Virus record (IMG/VR): IMGVR_UViG_3300042449_001682
DNA length: 64,000 nucleotides
Reading direction: 5' to 3' (one strand)
From: an uncultured virus (IMG/VR IMGVR_UViG_3300042449_001682)
Lineage: Duplodnaviria > Heunggongvirae > Uroviricota > Caudoviricetes
In this document: one piece after another, positions 39,763-50,395 of the stretch
Position numbering within the stretch: the stretch's first letter is position 1
Layout: each line of letters begins with the position of its first letter
Notes under the pieces: model-generated
Told to the model about the DNA's origin: nothing
Databases searched by the model: none
Seen by the model: only the letters and a program-made list of their open reading frames with translations
Translations under genes and position numbers: made by a program

Positions 39763-41658
39763 TTATTTAGTTAGTTTATCTATTTCTCTAGTCATTTCAC
39801 TAATTTTAGAATTTAACACATCAGTACCTTTTTCAAAAGAATCTAAATTGTAAATATGATCATTTTTTTCTAAACTTTCAGTTAATCGTCTTAAATATAT
39901 TCCCTGATATCTTTTAGTTTTTTCTTCATATATTCTTCTTTTTTCTTCTGTTAAAAGGTTACCGTCTTTTCTAAAAGATTCAGTAGTTGCTGGTTCTGCG
40001 GCTGGTTCTGCGGCTGGTTCTGCACCTGCACCCATATCTCCACCTGCACCCATATCTGCACCACCTGCGTCACCACCAGCACCTGCTTCGGCTTCACCAG
40101 CACCCGATAATAATGCGTCAAAGTCACCATAAAGTTTATCCACTCTATCAAATATACCTGTCTTCTTAATAACTTCTGCAGTTTGTTCCATTTCCGCTGC
40201 TGCCGCCTTTTCTAATCTTTGTTGTTCTAAATCATTTCTGATTTCTTCATCAGACATACCTAATATTTCTTTTTTGGCTCTAGTCATAGACATTGCACCA
40301 AAACCATTACCTGCGTCTGCAACAGAATCTTTATAAAGAGTTACCTTAAGTTGAGTTTGCTCAACCTTCAACATCTCAGCCTGAGTAGATGGGTTATTAA
40401 GTGAAAGTGTAAAATTTTCTAATTCATCCTCTAAACCTAAAATATAGAGATGGATAATTGCAATCTTATTAAGTTCTTGCAACATTGATTGTTGTATTCT
40501 ATTAATAGTTCTAGCAAATCTAATATCTTGTAACGCCAAATTTTTACCATCACCATTTGCTTCTTCGAAACCTAAGAAAGGTTTGGGTACTCTAAGTGCA
40601 GTGAATAACTTTTTTTGAAGGTATTGTATATCTGCAATTTCAGAAAGGTTAGTCGCACCCGCCAATGTATCAATAGGGCTCGGTGCATTTGGATCTCTAA
40701 CAGGTATAAAATAATCCTGATCCTGTGCCATTTGATTATATCTAGTATCTATCTGTCCAGTTTGTTGATCAATAACTGGACTTCTTTTAAAGTTATCTGC
40801 AATTTTATTCACATATGCAGGTACATCTTTTTCGTCTATATTACCTACATATATTTTGAATATTCTTCTTTCAGGTGCTCTCGTTACTCTATATATTAAC
40901 ATCGCATCCTCAGATAATAATAATTGTTTCCATATCCTTCTAGCCTTCTCCAACATAGATGTACCATAAGGTAATCTTCTATCATCCCCTAATAATCTAA
41001 AATGAGCAATTTGCCACGCATTAAATTCTATGTTCCTCTGACCCCAAACAAATGTGACAGGGTTAAATTTATCACTATCAGGAATAGTAGAATTCTCACC
41101 AAAACCCTCATTCTCTTTTCTACTTATTTCAATATTAGGTAATTGTTTAACACCTGTGATACCTTCATCACTATTAATACTTAAGAATAAAAAATTATCT
41201 CCGTATTTACATGTGTTTCTTGTCCACATAGGTAGTGAAGTGTGTATATCTAATCTATTGAAAAATAAATCTTCTAATATTCTTCTAACTCTTCTACTTT
41301 CAGAAAAAATATTTAAAACTTTATTTTCTGAATTTAAAGTTGTAGATTCCTCCATCATTATATCTAATGCTGCTGCGATTTCGGGAAAAAATTCCATACC
41401 CTCAAAATCTGCGTAAGAGGCTAACCTAGTTGTTTCATAATATATGGAGTGTTGATATATCTCATTATCTACTTTCTGCCACATATTCGACAAATAGGCG
41501 TCTTGTTGTCTTTTAAGTTTTTCGTATTCAAAATCCTCCTTAGATTTAGTTTTAAGGAGTTCCTTATCGTTTATAGAATATCTAGATTTATTTTGTGCCC
41601 TTTTTACCTCAGGACCAAACAAATCATTTAATTGTTGAAATATCGTTCTTTTAGCCAT
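39763..41658 (-). CDS. Portal protein, T4 gp20-like
   Basis: PEIAAALDI, IAHFRL, EDAMLIYRVTRAPERRIFKI.VG, DYFIPVR, I.TL.G, YLQKKLF.ALRVP, DIRF...I.R.Q. Confidence 0.96.
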   Translation of the reverse strand: MAKRTIFQQLNDLFGPEVKRAQNKSRYSINDKELLKTKSKEDFEYEKLKRQQDAYLSNMWQKVDNEIYQHSIYYETTRLASYADFEGMEFFPEIAAALDIMMEESTTLNSENKVLNIFSESRRVRRILEDLFFNRLDIHTSLPMWTRNTCKYGDNFLFLSINSDEGITGVKQLPNIEISRKENEGFGENSTIPDSDKFNPVTFVWGQRNIEFNAWQIAHFRLLGDDRRLPYGTSMLEKARRIWKQLLLSEDAMLIYRVTRAPERRIFKIYVGNIDEKDVPAYVNKIADNFKRSPVIDQQTGQIDTRYNQMAQDQDYFIPVRDPNAPSPIDTLAGATNLSEIADIQYLQKKLFTALRVPKPFLGFEEANGDGKNLALQDIRFARTINRIQQSMLQELNKIAIIHLYILGLEDELENFTLSLNNPSTQAEMLKVEQTQLKVTLYKDSVADAGNGFGAMSMTRAKKEILGMSDEEIRNDLEQQRLEKAAAAEMEQTAEVIKKTGIFDRVDKLYGDFDALLSGAGEAEAGAGGDAGGADMGAGGDMGAGAEPAAEPAAEPATTESFRKDGNLLTEEKRRIYEEKTKRYQGIYLRRLTESLEKNDHIYNLDSFEKGTDVLNSKISEMTREIDKLTK

Positions 41659-41711
41659 TTTTATCTTTATACTTTATTACTATTATAATAAATATCAAAA
41701 AAAAATAAATA

Positions 41712-43508
41712 CTATCTTATCCCAAACAACCAATTGTATTCACCATTATCATTATTACCATTATTCCCTTGTTTTGGGTGGTAAGTTGGTGTATTAGTGT
41801 AGAATGGGTTAGTATATTTTTGATTAGACAATAGAGGTTCAACTGACTTTTTTGAAACATTTACCCAACTTTCTAACATAGCCTTAGTTTGTTTCTCTAC
41901 CATCTCTAATTTTTTGAATGATGTTTGTACAATAAATATACACATAGCGTATGCCATTATTATATCATCATGATAACCTTCCATATGATCAGGTCTACCG
42001 TTTTTATAAACAAAAGTTCTCAATTCCGAAATTAAACGATGTGATCGTATTATAGTTTTATTCTCTCTAATATGTTCCTCAAATTCGGAAACTAATTGTA
42101 ATCTAGTGTTACCCACATTAAATCCAGGTACTTTATCCCCTTCACTATATTTAGTTTTAGCGTATTTTTCAGACAATTTTCTACTTTTAGGGTCATCGTA
42201 GTGTAAGAAGTTATATTCCATCTCTAACAGTTTTAATACTGTTGCAACACCCATTCCACCTGTGATGTCTACTATCGTATAGGCACTATACATATTACCA
42301 TATTTATAAACCACTTCTGCCAACATATCTGGTGGTAGTTTATATTTAAATTCCGCAACTTGTTCTAAATTATCAAAATCTAAAATAACTATTGTGGAAC
42401 TATCTTTACCGTCACCCCTACTAACGTCTACCCCCATAATGTATTTATGCCCAACCTCAGGTTTCTTCCATATCCACATAGCCTTTTCTAATTCTGCGGA
42501 GAATTCAGGATCTTTGACAAAATTTTCTTCGTGATATGAAATAAATTCGTCATCTATAACGTTACCTCCTGAACCAATAAATGATACATCAAGTTCTTGT
42601 GCAATCTTTTTTGGGTCACCCATATCTGCCGCCATCTCTTCGTACCAAGGGGATAAAGGTTTCCACCCTTCTTTTACCATAACCTCGTAATATTCTATGG
42701 TTGATTCATCGGTTTCATAAATTTTATCTAAATATTCCCATCTCAATTTAGTCCTACTTAAAGTTTTACACTCTATCTTTTCATCTTCACCCCTAACCCA
42801 AAATAATCCTCTGTTGTATCTAACATCCTGATACCACTTCATTTCAACTACGTTGAAATTGTTTTCTTTATTTTTGGCACCATCATAAGTTTTATAATAT
42901 AGTGGATCCATACCATTTGGTGTAGATATCAGTGCAATCTTACCACCTGTACCTAAAGACGCCAATGCTGCCCCAAACACATCTGCACCATTATCGATAA
43001 AGGCTGCCTCATCCATTACTAAGAATGTTGGTGTAAAACCCCTCAAAGCATCTTTCGATGTTGCTAACGCTCTAATTTCACAACCATTAGATTTTAATTT
43101 TAAATGTCCTTTAGAATTTATTTCTAAATAATCGGTACCCTCATCTAACCCCCATACCCAATAAGGTATTTGATCTAGAAATTCCTTTATTTTTTTTAAG
43201 AACTCTTGTGCCAATGTTTGTTTGTTGGCTAATATTAGTACCTTATGTGGGTTTTCTGGATCACCAAATGCAGTTTTAACTGCAATATAGGCTGCGGTAG
43301 TAGTTGACACACCTGCCTGTCTGGGTTTAGTTACTAAATTACGATTATATTTTTCGTAAGATTTTATTATTTCTTTTTGTTTATGGAACAATTTAAAAGG
43401 TACCATACCTTCTTGAGTTAAATCGAATGTCTTTAAAAAAGTTTCGATTGCATAAATTGGTTCACCTAAACAACGTGCAAATATTTTTAGTTGTTCTCCT
43501 CTATCCAT
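41712..43508 (-). CDS. Terminase large subunit, T4 gp17-like
   Basis: KPRQAGVSTT, VMDEAAF, ISTPNG, QELD.SF.GSG, GVDVSRGDG.D.S, HDDIIMA. Confidence 0.96.
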   Translation of the reverse strand: MDRGEQLKIFARCLGEPIYAIETFLKTFDLTQEGMVPFKLFHKQKEIIKSYEKYNRNLVTKPRQAGVSTTTAAYIAVKTAFGDPENPHKVLILANKQTLAQEFLKKIKEFLDQIPYWVWGLDEGTDYLEINSKGHLKLKSNGCEIRALATSKDALRGFTPTFLVMDEAAFIDNGADVFGAALASLGTGGKIALISTPNGMDPLYYKTYDGAKNKENNFNVVEMKWYQDVRYNRGLFWVRGEDEKIECKTLSRTKLRWEYLDKIYETDESTIEYYEVMVKEGWKPLSPWYEEMAADMGDPKKIAQELDVSFIGSGGNVIDDEFISYHEENFVKDPEFSAELEKAMWIWKKPEVGHKYIMGVDVSRGDGKDSSTIVILDFDNLEQVAEFKYKLPPDMLAEVVYKYGNMYSAYTIVDITGGMGVATVLKLLEMEYNFLHYDDPKSRKLSEKYAKTKYSEGDKVPGFNVGNTRLQLVSEFEEHIRENKTIIRSHRLISELRTFVYKNGRPDHMEGYHDDIIMAYAMCIFIVQTSFKKLEMVEKQTKAMLESWVNVSKKSVEPLLSNQKYTNPFYTNTPTYHPKQGNNGNNDNGEYNWLFGIR

Positions 43509-43518
43509 ATATTTTAAT

Positions 43519-44361
43519 TTAAAACGCTACTACTTTACCTTGTTCCCAGTCTTTGAAGTTTGGACCTAATTCATATGTAATATTATTACCACCCCCTACT
43601 TTTTGTATGATACCTGATTGATTGGCTGCACTCCAAAAAGTAGAAAGTTGTCCACCACTTTCAGTTTGTCCTATATGATTTAAAAAACCTCTTTTAGTTT
43701 TTTTAGGTGAAATTGATACATCTTTAATATAATTTATTAAATCCCTAATCCTTGATTCATCACCTTTTTGGAATGTAATCCCCTTATGTTTTGGTATTAG
43801 TGTAATACCGTTTTTATTGGCAAAATCTTTAACTATTGGTACAATACTTTCTATTCTACCACCTATTTTATCTTTTATTATTGATAGTTGTGTTATTGCC
43901 TCAATGGGAGTTTTATTATTAAAAAGATATTCTACTACATCATATAATATTACACCTACCGCATCGTTTAAAATAACATTTTCATATTTCCACGGAAAAG
44001 TTTTTTCTAACCTAATTAACTGTTTTATTTTTTCTAATGGGTTATTATTACTATTTAAAATTTTTTTAGATTCTCTTTCACTGATTAAATCAAATATCTC
44101 TTCAATCTTACCCCCATATTTCATAGAACTATTACTATAATAATCAAAATTTTTCCTAAAAAAATCTAAAAATATGTTATAAAATGTTTCATTATTTAAT
44201 AAAATTTCTTTATCTAAACCAAACGTACTAAAAAAATTATTTAACCACTCTTCAATATTTTTATTATTGGTATTATCCTTAAAATACTGAATAAATCTAT
44301 CCCACCTTTGGTTATTTTCAACCAAAAGTAAATGTTGTCTATTATTAATTATTACTTTCAT
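43519..44361 (-). CDS. Hypothetical protein with N-terminal MKVIIN..Q..LLVE tag
   Basis: 280-aa ORF coupled to its neighbours. Confidence 0.65.
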   Translation of the reverse strand: MKVIINNRQHLLLVENNQRWDRFIQYFKDNTNNKNIEEWLNNFFSTFGLDKEILLNNETFYNIFLDFFRKNFDYYSNSSMKYGGKIEEIFDLISERESKKILNSNNNPLEKIKQLIRLEKTFPWKYENVILNDAVGVILYDVVEYLFNNKTPIEAITQLSIIKDKIGGRIESIVPIVKDFANKNGITLIPKHKGITFQKGDESRIRDLINYIKDVSISPKKTKRGFLNHIGQTESGGQLSTFWSAANQSGIIQKVGGGNNITYELGPNFKDWEQGKVVAF

Positions 44362-45377
44362 TATAAATTAGAAATTACGTGTTCCGTCATGTCCTCTTCT
44401 ACCCTTCTACTGTCAGGATAAAAATTATCAATATTCGGTCCTCTCAATTCATCATCTTGTTCAATTAAAACCTCATCTAAAACTTCTAAAAAATAGTTAG
44501 CGTTATCACCAGGAAATTTACCAGTGGACTCAACATACAGTTTTAAATATTGGTAAAATATATTCGTAACATCAAACTTTAATATGTGATTGATTTTATC
44601 ACCTTTTTTAATCTCATCCCAATCACCCTCTGAACCTAAAAATGTAGTTATTGTTTCTTTTATACCATTAAACAGTTCACCTTCAGAGGCACTATTATAA
44701 GACCATCTATACATATTTTTTAATTCCCATTTTAAGTCATTAAACATTTGTTCTTCGTCTATTAAGTGAAAAAGTGTGTATTTATCTTCTAATAATTCTT
44801 CAGTTAAAATATCCCCATACTCATCATCTAACGTATAAATCTCTTTACCGATAAAATCATTTTCTTTGATGTATTCTCTAATATGGTTAATTGCCTTATC
44901 ACTTAACACTTCAGTTACATCATTTTCGAAACTAATATCAAAATCACCGAATATTTCTGACCAATCAGGATCCAATATATCCTCAACTAAAGTTTTATCG
45001 TCTACATCAAATAAATCTGCCAAATCCTTCCATTCACTACAAAACATATATATCCTATCACCCGATTTAATTATATCCCCAAAATCTGAATAGAAAGCCT
45101 CATTATCTGTAAGGTATTTGTCAAACCAACCAATATTTGTTAGTATTGAAAACATATCATCGTTACCCACATAATAATCCAATTCTATATCAACCTCATC
45201 AAAAGGGTTTTCACCTTTATTCATTAGATAAGTAAATACACCCTCAATTACATCACTATAACTTAATTCTAATAACCCTTTTATATAGTCAATTACCTCA
45301 ATATAATCTTCAAGTTCACCGTATTTTTTTTCAATAATCTTATTTATTGCGTTTTGTACCCTTTGATTTATCATCAC
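44361..45377 (-). CDS. Hypothetical acidic protein
   Basis: 338-aa ORF; late box at 45390-45397. Confidence 0.65.
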   Translation of the reverse strand: MMINQRVQNAINKIIEKKYGELEDYIEVIDYIKGLLELSYSDVIEGVFTYLMNKGENPFDEVDIELDYYVGNDDMFSILTNIGWFDKYLTDNEAFYSDFGDIIKSGDRIYMFCSEWKDLADLFDVDDKTLVEDILDPDWSEIFGDFDISFENDVTEVLSDKAINHIREYIKENDFIGKEIYTLDDEYGDILTEELLEDKYTLFHLIDEEQMFNDLKWELKNMYRWSYNSASEGELFNGIKETITTFLGSEGDWDEIKKGDKINHILKFDVTNIFYQYLKLYVESTGKFPGDNANYFLEVLDEVLIEQDDELRGPNIDNFYPDSRRVEEDMTEHVISNL

Positions 45378-45406
45378 TTTATTTTATTAATAAATATTGG
45401 TAATAA

Positions 45407-45433
45407 ATAAAAAATCCCACTTTTGGTGGGATT
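45407..45433 (-). terminator. Intrinsic terminator
   Basis: AATCCCAC-TTTTG-GTGGGATT with an A-run that becomes the U-tail on the minus strand. Confidence 0.8.
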
Positions 45434-45456
45434 CTATTATTTTATAATCTTTTTAA

Positions 45457-46884
45457 TTAAACGTATTTGTGAAGTTCTTCTACCTTTTTAAAATCACCTT
45501 TGTCCAATGCATCATCAATTAATTTCATTATTTCATTTTTAGACATTCTACTATAATCTACTTCGTCTGTTTCTATGTTTTCCACATCATCTTCCTTAGG
45601 TTCTACACCTAAATTATCTATAATATCTTCCATATCATCATAACCTGTGTCATTAAACATATCTTCTATAGTATCACCCTTATCTTGATTATGTAAGTCT
45701 TTAAGTGTGTCTACAACCTCTTTACATCTTTGACTACCACTAAGTATTTCTTTCATAAATTCGTGAAATTGTGATGCAGGTAACTTAGTTAATTCTCTAA
45801 ATAACCATTGTTTGATGTCGTAGTTTTCAGAATCAATACATTCTAAGAATTTCTCCCACATACCAGGACCTAATCTCATTCCCCATATCTCACCTTCAGG
45901 TGTATCTGCCTTTTCAATAACCTCTTTTTGTTCTTCAAAATCTAAATGATCGTCAGCCCAGTTAATTGCGGATAATTCTAATGTACCTTTAATTAATTCG
46001 TGTACTAATAGTGGGAAAATCCAAGCCTTAGCGACTACAACTGGAATATCATCACCCTCTTCAATATCGATTCTTTCCATATCATTTTCTTCATCTTTGT
46101 CTTCAGGTTTTTCAGCCTTTCTCCATTCGATTTTTTCTACACCACCGACTTGTCCACCCATAACACTGTCAGGGATAATCCAATATTGGAAATCTGCCAA
46201 TGACATAAGTTTACCGTATAGTCCCATTAATCTAGGATCCAAAGCGTCTAATTCATCTGCAACCATATGGAAAATGTAGTGACCTTTTTTGGCTGCACCT
46301 TGCATAAGTGCATTGATAACTCTCCTTTTATCAACCTCCATTTCCAACTCTTCCATACGTTGAGCACTTTTAGGTTTTTTAGGTAATTCATAACCCTCAC
46401 CTTCATCTTCGTCCTCATCTTCGTCTGGTTCAATACTTAATTCTGAACCTGGAGGTGTTAACGTTGCCTCTAACATTTGATCAGGAATATCGAATTCTTC
46501 AGATACTATATCAATAGCCAATTGTTCCAATGCTTCTTTGTGTCTAGTTTCGATTTGACTAATCTCACCCATTATTTGAAACATCATTTGCATCATATTA
46601 GGTGTAATATTTCTAACACCGTGATATCTTTTAACTTTATTAACAATTTCTTTGAATCTTTGTCCCGCAATTTTTTCAGAATAATTTTGTGACTCAGAAC
46701 CAACTGGAATTGATTTACTCTTTCCGAATAAGTGTTCCCCACTTCTAAGTCTACCCTCTAAATCTGGATTCATCCTTTCTGGATGCTCAGGATCATATTC
46801 AATAGCCTCAACTAATTTGTTAAGTCGATATTTTTCTTTAATAACTCTATTAGTTACTTCGTTAATGATATTTTTTCTTCTCAT
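45457..46884 (-). CDS. Hypothetical late protein with C-terminal IDEAL/UVR-like helix pair
   Basis: Probable start ATG 46884; KRR.INAL.QGAA, FPLLVHELIKG; ends LIDDALDKGDFKKVEEL. Confidence 0.65.
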   Translation of the reverse strand: MRRKNIINEVTNRVIKEKYRLNKLVEAIEYDPEHPERMNPDLEGRLRSGEHLFGKSKSIPVGSESQNYSEKIAGQRFKEIVNKVKRYHGVRNITPNMMQMMFQIMGEISQIETRHKEALEQLAIDIVSEEFDIPDQMLEATLTPPGSELSIEPDEDEDEDEGEGYELPKKPKSAQRMEELEMEVDKRRVINALMQGAAKKGHYIFHMVADELDALDPRLMGLYGKLMSLADFQYWIIPDSVMGGQVGGVEKIEWRKAEKPEDKDEENDMERIDIEEGDDIPVVVAKAWIFPLLVHELIKGTLELSAINWADDHLDFEEQKEVIEKADTPEGEIWGMRLGPGMWEKFLECIDSENYDIKQWLFRELTKLPASQFHEFMKEILSGSQRCKEVVDTLKDLHNQDKGDTIEDMFNDTGYDDMEDIIDNLGVEPKEDDVENIETDEVDYSRMSKNEIMKLIDDALDKGDFKKVEELHKYV

Positions 46885-46895
46885 ATTTTTTGTTT

Positions 46896-47633
46896 TTATT
46901 GTCCATATACCGTACTTACCCACATTTTAAATGAGTCACCAGCCATCTTTTCAAATACCCTTTGTACGTTTCTTAATTCAGTATTACCGTCACCATTTTC
47001 TATTCTAGCCAATGCTGCCCTTACTAAAATGTCTCTAATCTCTTGTTTATTATCTAAAAGATAGTTAATATGATTTAATTGTTCTTCCAATGAGTCTCTA
47101 TCACCATCTGAATAACCCTCATCTTCATCCTCATCATAACTGTCTAAGTTTTCAATTTCTTCCTCTAAACTTTCAGGATCCTTACCCATTCCATATAACC
47201 ATCTATGTAAATCATCTTTAGTCCAATTTAATAATGGTGATGCACCATACATATTAATTAAACCACTTTGTCTAAGGTTCTCTAAAAATTTAAATACTTT
47301 AACTTTGTCTGCGGAAGGCATTTCTCTAATTACAAAATATTGTCTACCACCACCATTATCTGGTGTTTCGTTAATCCTAACTTTAGAATTAATATATTCT
47401 ACTAAATCTTTTTTCTTCATTTTAGGATTTATCGATTCGTCTTTTTTTCTATGTGATTTTTTTACTGAACCTTTGTAACCTATAGAATCAGTACAAACTG
47501 CGTATGGGTTATAATCAGTACCATTATCTTTATTTTTTTTCTCTACGTCTTTAACACATCTATCCCACTTTTTAGTGTGAACAGTATCATCTTTTTTTTC
47601 TTCTTTAGACTTTTCAAAAATATTAATTCTCAT
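46896..47633 (-). CDS. Hypothetical protein
   Basis: KWDRCVKDV...NPYAVCT and FLENLRQSGLINMYGASP modules separated by an INE site. Confidence 0.65.
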   Translation of the reverse strand: MRINIFEKSKEEKKDDTVHTKKWDRCVKDVEKKNKDNGTDYNPYAVCTDSIGYKGSVKKSHRKKDESINPKMKKKDLVEYINSKVRINETPDNGGGRQYFVIREMPSADKVKVFKFLENLRQSGLINMYGASPLLNWTKDDLHRWLYGMGKDPESLEEEIENLDSYDEDEDEGYSDGDRDSLEEQLNHINYLLDNKQEIRDILVRAALARIENGDGNTELRNVQRVFEKMAGDSFKMWVSTVYGQ

Positions 47634-47654
47634 AGTACTCACTATTATAATTTT

Positions 47655-47963
47655 TTATTTTAAGTTTTTAGAATTTTTTTCACCCTTCCCTACACGTGTA
47701 GCCCTTCTTAAATACTTAGACTTACCCATAGAGTCTTTTTCCAATTCATCCTCCTCATTTACGGTTACTGAACGTATCTTACCCTCTTTATCTTTTACAC
47801 CATAAGTACCTTTATCTAATTTATCAAAAGAACTATCAAATTCATCTTGATTGTAAACTGTCATCTCTTCTGCCTCGTCAACTGAATCAATATATTTTTC
47901 CATTAGTTTTCTTCTAGTGGCTCTTTTTATTTCAGATTCATAAATTCTAATTTTGTTACCCAT
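47655..47963 (-). CDS. Hypothetical protein with IRIYESEI tag
   Basis: 102-aa ORF in the late operon. Confidence 0.65.
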   Translation of the reverse strand: MGNKIRIYESEIKRATRRKLMEKYIDSVDEAEEMTVYNQDEFDSSFDKLDKGTYGVKDKEGKIRSVTVNEEDELEKDSMGKSKYLRRATRVGKGEKNSKNLK

Positions 47964-47967
47964 AATT

Positions 47968-48366
47968 TTAAGTATTTATCATTTCTTTTTCATATTTTAT
48001 TACCATATCCTTTTCGTATAACTTATCTTCTACCGAAGATAATGTCTCACCGAAAGAAAAGAATAATCTTTTTTCTGGGTAATCATCATACCCCTCCATA
48101 TTTTCCCAAGCCAACGCAATTATACCGTCAACTGCGTCCCACATTGCAAAAGATTCAGAATCTTTAACTAAATCTAATTTTAATGTGGTAGTTAAAGAAC
48201 CACTTTTTTTGATGTATTTATCTTCTGGTGGTTCAGGATTTCCCAACGAAGGGTATGAGTCCCAACCATCACCATCTATATCTTCTAAAATATCAGAAAA
48301 GAGGAACTCGTAAACGTAGTTCCCCTTCCAGTTCTGTCCAATTCTATTGATATATACTAAATTCAT
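47968..48366 (-). CDS. Hypothetical acidic protein
   Basis: 132-aa ORF coupled to the upstream gene. Confidence 0.65.
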   Translation of the reverse strand: MNLVYINRIGQNWKGNYVYEFLFSDILEDIDGDGWDSYPSLGNPEPPEDKYIKKSGSLTTTLKLDLVKDSESFAMWDAVDGIIALAWENMEGYDDYPEKRLFFSFGETLSSVEDKLYEKDMVIKYEKEMINT

Positions 48367-49997
48367 TATCTAAACATTCCTCTTCTTCTGTACGATGGTC
48401 TGATTCTTTCTTCATCACCCATAGCCTTTGGTTTCGGATCAGCCTTAGGTCTCTTTATTTTGTCCCAATCTGTACCAGTTCCTGGTTTAGTTGTAGGTGT
48501 CTTAATTCCTGGTTCTTTAACTGGTGCGTTAGATCTTAAAAAGTTGATGTCTAATTCGATGAAGTCATCGTCAAAAGAATTATCAGAATTCATTGAGAAG
48601 TCTAAATTACCATCACTGTTATTATCTAAATCCAATCTATTTGGTATACCGTCATAATCTCTATCTAAATCACCTGTTGCGGAAAGATATCCTTGTCCTG
48701 TTTGTAATGCATCCATCACATCCATTTCATCCTCATCGATATGTCTTTTTCTTTTCATACTTCTTACTTTTCTTAAGTCGTCCGCATTTATTGTACCGTA
48801 TGGTTTTGCCAAATCAATTCTTTTTCTACCATCTTTAAATCCATCGTATTCTTCTTCGTTCATTGGGCCACATTCACACATCATACCCTCAACAAGGTTT
48901 CCACCTTTATATCCACCACACTCATTACAAATTTCTTTCCTTTCCTTTAAAACTTTTTTAATAGAATTTTTTGTACTTCTATTTAAAAAAGATTCTAAAA
49001 GTTGTTTTTTAGAAAATACTCTACCTCTACTTTCCGATAATTCTTCAGTACCTTCTTCAGGTGCTTCAGGACTTTCTTCTGGTGTTTCAGTTTCTTCCGT
49101 ATCCTCTTCACTATCTAAAGTATCTAAATCTGAGTCGCTACCAAATGAATCTTCTTCATCTTCACCTTCAAATTTAGATATGATATCCTCCTTATCACTT
49201 TCATCCATTTCATCTAAGTGTAATGCTGAAATAATAGAGTTGATGACATATTTTTCTAATTTAGGATCAACCTCTTCAGAGTCTCTCAACATCTGACCGA
49301 TTTTACCTGTCATTTTTTGTATTTTTTTAGTGATTTCATCATCACCTAAATCTTCAGTTCCTTCTTCACCAGTTGATTCAGTATCTTCTACATCAGTTTC
49401 AGACTCATCCTCAAATGAATCCTCTTCTGTATCTGTTTCATTAGATGTATCAGAAAAACCAAATTCGTCATCTGACACTTCATCCTCAACAGGTGCTGCG
49501 GGAGTTGCCGATGCGGGTGCGTCTACTTTAAGTACCTTTTTTTGTTCTTTAATATCGTCATCTAAAATGATTTCTTCTTCTTTTTCTATTACAAAACCAT
49601 ATCCCGTACTACCTGCAACTGCATTACCGTCAGATTCAAAAATATTTGTATTATACTCAATACCATAAGATTCGTTTAACATATCAAATTTAATATTTAA
49701 ATGTTTTAACGCTTCTGCGTAAGAATGATATTTTTCAGTACCCTTATTTTGTAAACCACCAACGTATTGGAAATCCTCAGATAAAAATTTACCGTAAGGT
49801 TTATTTGATGTTTTTATAAAGTAATCGTGATTTTCTCTAACAATACCATAAACAATACCGTTAGGTCCCTTTTTTATTAACTCCAATTCAGAAAATGACT
49901 TACTTTCATTAAGTGTTGCCATTTTACCCATAAGGTCTAACATTCTATTTACCTTGTCTTGACCTTTTAATGTTTTAGGATTTACTATTTTTCTCAT
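48366..49997 (-). CDS. Acidic prohead-core-like protein
   Basis: Very acidic; many LxE sites (LNES twice, LSES, LLES, LVEG); CNECG/CECG; DRDYDGIPNRLDLD Ca-binding-like repeat. Confidence 0.6.
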   Translation of the reverse strand: MRKIVNPKTLKGQDKVNRMLDLMGKMATLNESKSFSELELIKKGPNGIVYGIVRENHDYFIKTSNKPYGKFLSEDFQYVGGLQNKGTEKYHSYAEALKHLNIKFDMLNESYGIEYNTNIFESDGNAVAGSTGYGFVIEKEEEIILDDDIKEQKKVLKVDAPASATPAAPVEDEVSDDEFGFSDTSNETDTEEDSFEDESETDVEDTESTGEEGTEDLGDDEITKKIQKMTGKIGQMLRDSEEVDPKLEKYVINSIISALHLDEMDESDKEDIISKFEGEDEEDSFGSDSDLDTLDSEEDTEETETPEESPEAPEEGTEELSESRGRVFSKKQLLESFLNRSTKNSIKKVLKERKEICNECGGYKGGNLVEGMMCECGPMNEEEYDGFKDGRKRIDLAKPYGTINADDLRKVRSMKRKRHIDEDEMDVMDALQTGQGYLSATGDLDRDYDGIPNRLDLDNNSDGNLDFSMNSDNSFDDDFIELDINFLRSNAPVKEPGIKTPTTKPGTGTDWDKIKRPKADPKPKAMGDEERIRPSYRRRGMFR

Positions 49998-50016
49998 TTT
50001 TTATATTTTTTTATTT

Positions 50017-50340
50017 TTATCCGTTAGTTGGTAATCCAGTTCTAATGTCAACAAATCTATATTCTTCTGTACCACCAGTTGTTGTTGATATTAATCCTGT
50101 TTGAAATAATCCTATAGGTTTAGGATTACCTAATAATGCGAACCCGTTATTTAATGTAGTACCGCTCTGTTGAATTAATAAGTCTATTGTTTTACCTGCA
50201 ACACCTGTTATTGAAGATCCGTTTATTGTATATGTACCGTTTGTGTTAAAATAAACTGCACTGTAAACGTAACTATCAAAATTAGTATTACCAGTGTTGT
50301 GTATTACTGTAAAAGTACCAGTTAAATAAGTTGAAGCCAT
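50017..50340 (-). CDS. Small Thr/Gly-rich virion-surface-like protein
   Basis: 107 aa, beta-rich, TGTF/TGNT/SGTT/TGGT; late box at 50356-50363. Confidence 0.55.
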   Translation of the reverse strand: MASTYLTGTFTVIHNTGNTNFDSYVYSAVYFNTNGTYTINGSSITGVAGKTIDLLIQQSGTTLNNGFALLGNPKPIGLFQTGLISTTTGGTEEYRFVDIRTGLPTNG

Positions 50341-50395
50341 AATTATATTTATTAAATAAATATTGCAGTTTTAATAAAAAAACAAAATTAGATTT

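Noticed and set aside
39985..40105. GC-richer repeats near the portal 3' end as a DNA repeat element
   Set aside because: Explained by a low-complexity protein tail (GGDAGGADMGAGGDMGAG, AEPAAEPAAEPA).
43290..43330. Terminase Walker A lacking Lys (RQAGVS) read as inactivation
   Set aside because: RQxG-hydrophobic-S variants occur in T4-like terminases, and the other ATPase and nuclease motifs are intact.
34239..43508. Eukaryotic giant virus origin
   Set aside because: The gp23/gp21/gp20/gp17-like head module, operon packing and bacterial promoters indicate a tailed bacteriophage.
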